This document shows positions 35,579 through 38,776 of a DNA stretch of 38,776 nt, in pieces. The position numbers and the translations under genes are program-made. The notes beneath the pieces are model-generated. The model saw only the letters and a program-made list of their open reading frames with translations, was not told where the DNA came from and did not search any database. Each line of letters begins with the position of its first letter. Position 1 is the stretch's first letter. Origin of the DNA: a virus. The stretch lies in IMG/VR virus record IMGVR_UViG_3300018984_000002, positions 1 through 38,776 of that record; one strand, written 5' to 3'.

Positions 35579-36058
35579 ATGAGTATAGGAATAAGTGTTT
35601 TTGGTATTCCAATTTTTAACCCTATAAATCTTATTTCTACAAACGCAGGCTTTGAACAAGATTTTACGGGTTGGTCACGTTTTTCTGGGGATTATAGTTC
35701 AAATAACCTAGATATTGTAAATAGTCCTGTTCATTCAGGACTTAAAGCATTTAAATTTGGGGGAATATCCCCAAATACATACACTTTTAGAACTATAAAT
35801 AACGTAGCTACAGGCAGTTATACCTTGGGTTGTTGGTATTTAAATAGCAGTCCTTCTGGTAATATTTATATGTATAGAAAAAATAGAACAAATGGGGCAG
35901 ATAGCTTAGTACTACTTAATACATTAAGTACAACATACTTGCAAATAGCTTTTACGTTTTCAACAGATGCTGGAACTTTAGAAATCGGCTTTGGAATAGA
36001 TAACGCCACAAATACTAATCCCGTATACATAGATGATGTTTTTTTGTATAAAAACTAA
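35579..36058 (+). CDS. CBM4/9-like carbohydrate-binding domain protein
   Basis: NLISTNAGFEQDFTGW...HSGLKA...YTLGCW...VYIDDVFL. Confidence 0.75.
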   Translation: MSIGISVFGIPIFNPINLISTNAGFEQDFTGWSRFSGDYSSNNLDIVNSPVHSGLKAFKFGGISPNTYTFRTINNVATGSYTLGCWYLNSSPSGNIYMYRKNRTNGADSLVLLNTLSTTYLQIAFTFSTDAGTLEIGFGIDNATNTNPVYIDDVFLYKN

Positions 36059-36116
36059 TGTTTTTAAATTTTAATATACTTAGTGAAAAAACAATTTCAG
36101 ACCTTAATTTATTTAT

Positions 36117-36509
36117 GTGTATAATGTAAATGCAACCAAGATGATATTTATGAACAAACAACTAGATACAACTAAACCTATTATTCTTACTCGTTCTTTT
36201 CATAATTCTAGAGGTAATTATTACCCCGCTAAACAAACACCTTACTATCCAGGTGAAATTACTACAGATGCTTGGGAATTTCAACACAGTATTCAATACA
36301 CAGAACAAGTAAAAGTAGAGTCCGAAAATAAGGCTTTAGTACCGGAGCCTGATGTTATTATTACTAATAAACCACAAGTTGAAGTTTTTGTAGAGCCAGA
36401 GCCAAAACCAACTATTGATTTAGAAATAACAGAACCAAGTGAAGTTCGGGAATTAACACCGTCTGGTAATAAAACAATTAAAGCCAAAGTAATTAAGCAC
36501 TCTAACTAA
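36117..36509 (+). CDS. hypothetical protein
   Basis: 130-aa ORF with a P/E-rich C-terminal half; start uncertain. Confidence 0.6.
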   Translation: MYNVNATKMIFMNKQLDTTKPIILTRSFHNSRGNYYPAKQTPYYPGEITTDAWEFQHSIQYTEQVKVESENKALVPEPDVIITNKPQVEVFVEPEPKPTIDLEITEPSEVRELTPSGNKTIKAKVIKHSN

Positions 36510-36528
36510 AAACAGATAAACATTAATT

Positions 36529-36552
36529 AAGGGGCTAAATTGGCTCCTTTTT
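36529..36552 (+). terminator. intrinsic terminator
   Basis: AAGGGGCTAA/TTGGCTCCTT stem plus T-run. Confidence 0.55.
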
Positions 36553-36555
36553 ATT

Positions 36556-36939
36556 ATGGATATAAAAGATAGTTACACACCTAAAATAGTGCAACGCTAC
36601 AAACACCTTTTATTTTCGGACTCTACATTACTCAATAATGCAGAAGCACAAATATTTCGTAGTGGAGGTTGCAGTACGCGACTTAAACTACTATCCACAA
36701 ATGGAGTATTAAAACATTGTACTAGTGCAGATTTACATGGAGTTGTTACTAGTGATTATATATGTGAGTTTATTAACAGTAATTTAGATAGTCAAACACT
36801 AAAAGACTATATTACTACTATTAGTAAGCAAGAAAAAACAAATACAGAAATAGATAATATTTTAAATCTAAATACAGTACCTCGTAGTGTTTGGATAATA
36901 GTTAGTTTTTATAAGCAATACATAAATGCAAATTACTAG
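36556..36939 (+). CDS. hypothetical protein
   Basis: 127-aa ORF overlapping the next gene. Confidence 0.6.
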   Translation: MDIKDSYTPKIVQRYKHLLFSDSTLLNNAEAQIFRSGGCSTRLKLLSTNGVLKHCTSADLHGVVTSDYICEFINSNLDSQTLKDYITTISKQEKTNTEIDNILNLNTVPRSVWIIVSFYKQYINANY

Positions 36940-37255
36940 TCGTAAGTTATTCGAGAAATGGAAACGCAATAAAAGTGAATATTTAAGTGTAATTACAGTA
37001 CTACTGCGAGAAAGTAAATACCTTTGTCCTAAGTGTTTAACTAATTTAGATATTTCCACAGCACACTGTTCACATATAGTTAGCTGTAAAACACTAGATA
37101 AATACAAAGCGTTTTGTTTAGCTACTAATATAAATAATCTAACTGTATGTTGTAAGACTTGTAATTTGAAACAAGGTAGTAAAACAGAAACAGATTTAAT
37201 TAGTGAAAAACTCTTAGTACAACTAAAAGAATATAATTTTAGTATCAGTAACTAA
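36926..37255 (+). CDS. HNH/NinG-like endonuclease
   Basis: CPKC...HCSHI...NINNLTVCCKTCNLKQG. Confidence 0.75.
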   Translation: MQITSRKLFEKWKRNKSEYLSVITVLLRESKYLCPKCLTNLDISTAHCSHIVSCKTLDKYKAFCLATNINNLTVCCKTCNLKQGSKTETDLISEKLLVQLKEYNFSISN

Positions 37256-37262
37256 ATATAAT

Positions 37263-37691
37263 ATGCAAACACTATTTATTTCGGACATTCAAACTGCTAG
37301 TTTTGCTAGAAGAAAAGGTAGTAAAGACAAAACTAAACGAAAAGATAGATCAACTATAGGTAGATTAGTGGGAGCGGGTGTTGGTGCTGCTGGAGGAGGA
37401 GCTTTAGCCACAGCAGGTGTTGGTATAGCCGGAATGTATTTAGCTAAAAAAGCTGGTGTAGGTGCTGCGGCTGGTGCTTTAGGAGATTTAAAAGCAGCAA
37501 GTAGATTAGCCATGCTGAAAAAACACCGTAAAGCTATTGTGTTAGGTGGAGCTGCTTTGGGTGCTACAGCTGGTGCTACTGCTAATACAGAACAGTTACA
37601 AGAGGGAAGACGTATTGTTAGTACAGGAAATAGAACTTCACAGGAGCTTCGTGGTTTTCTGTCGCTTGGAAAACGATATGGGGTACTGTAG
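37263..37691 (+). CDS. basic Gly-zipper protein, leader family
   Basis: MQTLFISDIQTASF-ARRKGSKDKTKRK; Gly/Ala helices. Confidence 0.8.
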   Translation: MQTLFISDIQTASFARRKGSKDKTKRKDRSTIGRLVGAGVGAAGGGALATAGVGIAGMYLAKKAGVGAAAGALGDLKAASRLAMLKKHRKAIVLGGAALGATAGATANTEQLQEGRRIVSTGNRTSQELRGFLSLGKRYGVL

Positions 37692-37732
37692 TTCCACAGT
37701 AAGGTTTACGTGTTATAATCAAATTAACACGT
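37692..37732 (+). promoter_or_regulatory. extended -10 promoter with overlapping hairpin, endonuclease 2
   Basis: TTCCAC-16 nt-TATAAT (TGTTATAAT); ACGTGTTA/TAACACGT inverted repeat. Confidence 0.6.
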
Positions 37733-37748
37733 TTTTCGCGAATATCTT

Positions 37749-38747
37749 ATGCAAGGAACATATATTTACTGCTTAAAAGATCCTGTAGATTTTTCTATTA
37801 AATATATAGGCAAAAGCAATAATCCCAAAGATAGATACGTTAATCATATATCTGAAGCTCGTACAAACAAAGGAATTAATTCCGAGAAAGATAAATGGAT
37901 ACAAAACTTGCTCGGTAAAAATTTAGCACCAACACTAGAAGTAGTTGAAGAAGTTACTTTTGATAACTGGGAAGAGAAAGAAAGATATTGGATAAAAAAA
38001 TATAAAGGAGAAAATCAACCTTTATTAAATAAAGCGTTAGGTGGATATGGTAGTTTTGCTTGTCTTAAAGGTAAAACATCCAAATATATTAAAGTAACTT
38101 TTGCTAAAGATAAAACAAAATATCCTTGGCTTGTCCAGTTTCACTTACCAAATAAAGATAAAGTAGTTCATGTAGGACACTTTGCTACAGAAATAGAAGC
38201 GGCAAAAATAGCTGACTCATTATATCTTTACTACTACGGAGAAACACCAAATAAAGAATTATATCCAGATGATTTTAATGAACAATGCAGTGGTATTTAT
38301 CCTATTAGTTTTAAAGATATTAAAGAACAACTAAAACAACGAGAACTAGATGACCGTCCAGAATATCTTATTTACTACGACAAATTTGCTAAACGTTGGA
38401 TAGCTCATAAGACGGTTATTGGTCGTAGTAATGGTATTCGCAGACATAACATTACTATTGAAGAGGCTATTACTTTAGCTGAATCTTGGTTTAACAGAGT
38501 CCCTAATCAACAGGAGATAGAAGTTATTAAACAACAAATATTAAACAATCAAAATAAACAATCCTCTAAATACAAAGGAGTTAGTTTCAAAAAAGATGGA
38601 CGTTATTACGTAGAAACTCGTGTTAAAGGAAAACGGTATTATGGTGGTGCTTTTTTAAACGAAATAGATGCAGCTCTTGCATATAATAAATTAGTTCTAG
38701 AGAATAATCTAAATAAAGAATTAAATGTAATAAATACAGCTAACTAA
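37749..38747 (+). CDS. free-standing GIY-YIG homing endonuclease with AP2-like domains
   Basis: IYCLKDP...KYIGKSNNPKDRYVNH...ERYWI; VGHFATEIEAAKIAD; SKYKGVS...GAFLNEIDAALAYN. Confidence 0.85.
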   Translation: MQGTYIYCLKDPVDFSIKYIGKSNNPKDRYVNHISEARTNKGINSEKDKWIQNLLGKNLAPTLEVVEEVTFDNWEEKERYWIKKYKGENQPLLNKALGGYGSFACLKGKTSKYIKVTFAKDKTKYPWLVQFHLPNKDKVVHVGHFATEIEAAKIADSLYLYYYGETPNKELYPDDFNEQCSGIYPISFKDIKEQLKQRELDDRPEYLIYYDKFAKRWIAHKTVIGRSNGIRRHNITIEEAITLAESWFNRVPNQQEIEVIKQQILNNQNKQSSKYKGVSFKKDGRYYVETRVKGKRYYGGAFLNEIDAALAYNKLVLENNLNKELNVINTAN

Positions 38748-38776
38748 AAAAAAACAATCATAAAGCGTTAAAAGAC

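Larger units (their letters stand above)
474..37286. repeat. dispersed ~17-bp motif CYTWTTATTTTCGGACTC (span of all copies)
   Basis: 22 exact TTTCGGAC/GTCCGAAA cores counted by eye, plus about 6 one-mismatch variants. Confidence 0.9.

Noticed and set aside
33590-36058. Diversity-generating retroelement acting on the fibre/adhesin genes
   Set aside because: No reverse transcriptase and no adenine-specific template/variable repeat pair seen; the repeats are ordinary protein-level repeats
17680-37245. TTTAGTAT as a late-promoter consensus (17680, 24720, 37238)
   Set aside because: Only three copies of an AT-rich 8-mer at variable distance from the start codon; not distinguishable from chance by eye
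474-37286. Dispersed TTTCGGAC repeats as a CRISPR array or MITE family
   Set aside because: Copies are isolated, irregularly spaced, in both orientations and often in-frame within genes; there is no repeat-spacer periodicity, terminal inverted repeats or target duplications
16029-37513. Minus-strand ORFs opposite Gly/Ala-rich genes (e.g. 16029, 25627, 26335, 32778, 33784, 34669, 37289)
   Set aside because: Antisense shadows of biased codon usage (Pro/Ala-rich mirror of Gly/Ala codons), fully overlapping better-supported genes
15871-37691. Leader-family proteins as bacteriocin/RiPP precursors or Sec/Tat-exported proteins
   Set aside because: No double-glycine leader, modification enzyme or transporter nearby; the leaders are acidic and short rather than signal-peptide-like, and the same junction motif occurs in head assembly proteins. 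Not fully excluded for the Gly-zipper helices.

Overview
This is an AT-rich segment of a tailed dsDNA phage genome. The host is most plausibly a cyanobacterium, inferred from a cyanobacterial-type HigA-like ORF and CCTTAC-N-GTAAGGGTTT palindromes. Bases 1-10.2 kb form a leftward 'early' arm of small ORFs. It includes three orphan antitoxin-like genes (two HicB-like, one HigA-like), a cytidylyltransferase-deaminase fusion and repeated intergenic hairpins. From 10.5 kb the genes run mostly rightward: putative TerS, a TM+GAF holin-like gene, TerL, two convergent RecA/AAA paralogues, HU, a Mu gpF-like head protein, putative prohead protease, scaffold, decoration and major capsid proteins, two GIY-YIG/AP2 endonucleases, ClpP, a repeat fibre with carbohydrate-binding modules and an HNH protein. 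Two features stand out. (1) About 12 genes encode very basic proteins built from a short acidic leader (hydrophobic-hydrophobic-S-D), an A-x-F junction that recurs in the protease, scaffold and gpF, a basic module (ARKKGSKDKKKR or VKSSxRKGKxVKG) and Gly-zipper helices or enzyme cargo. This looks like an expanded capsid-targeting and protease-matured internal-protein system. (2) A ~17-bp non-palindromic DNA motif (CYTWTTATTTTCGGACTC) is dispersed ~22-28 times on both strands, in genes and between them. No tRNA, rRNA, CRISPR array, integrase or portal gene was recognised. All family assignments are by eye from motifs; no database search was run.
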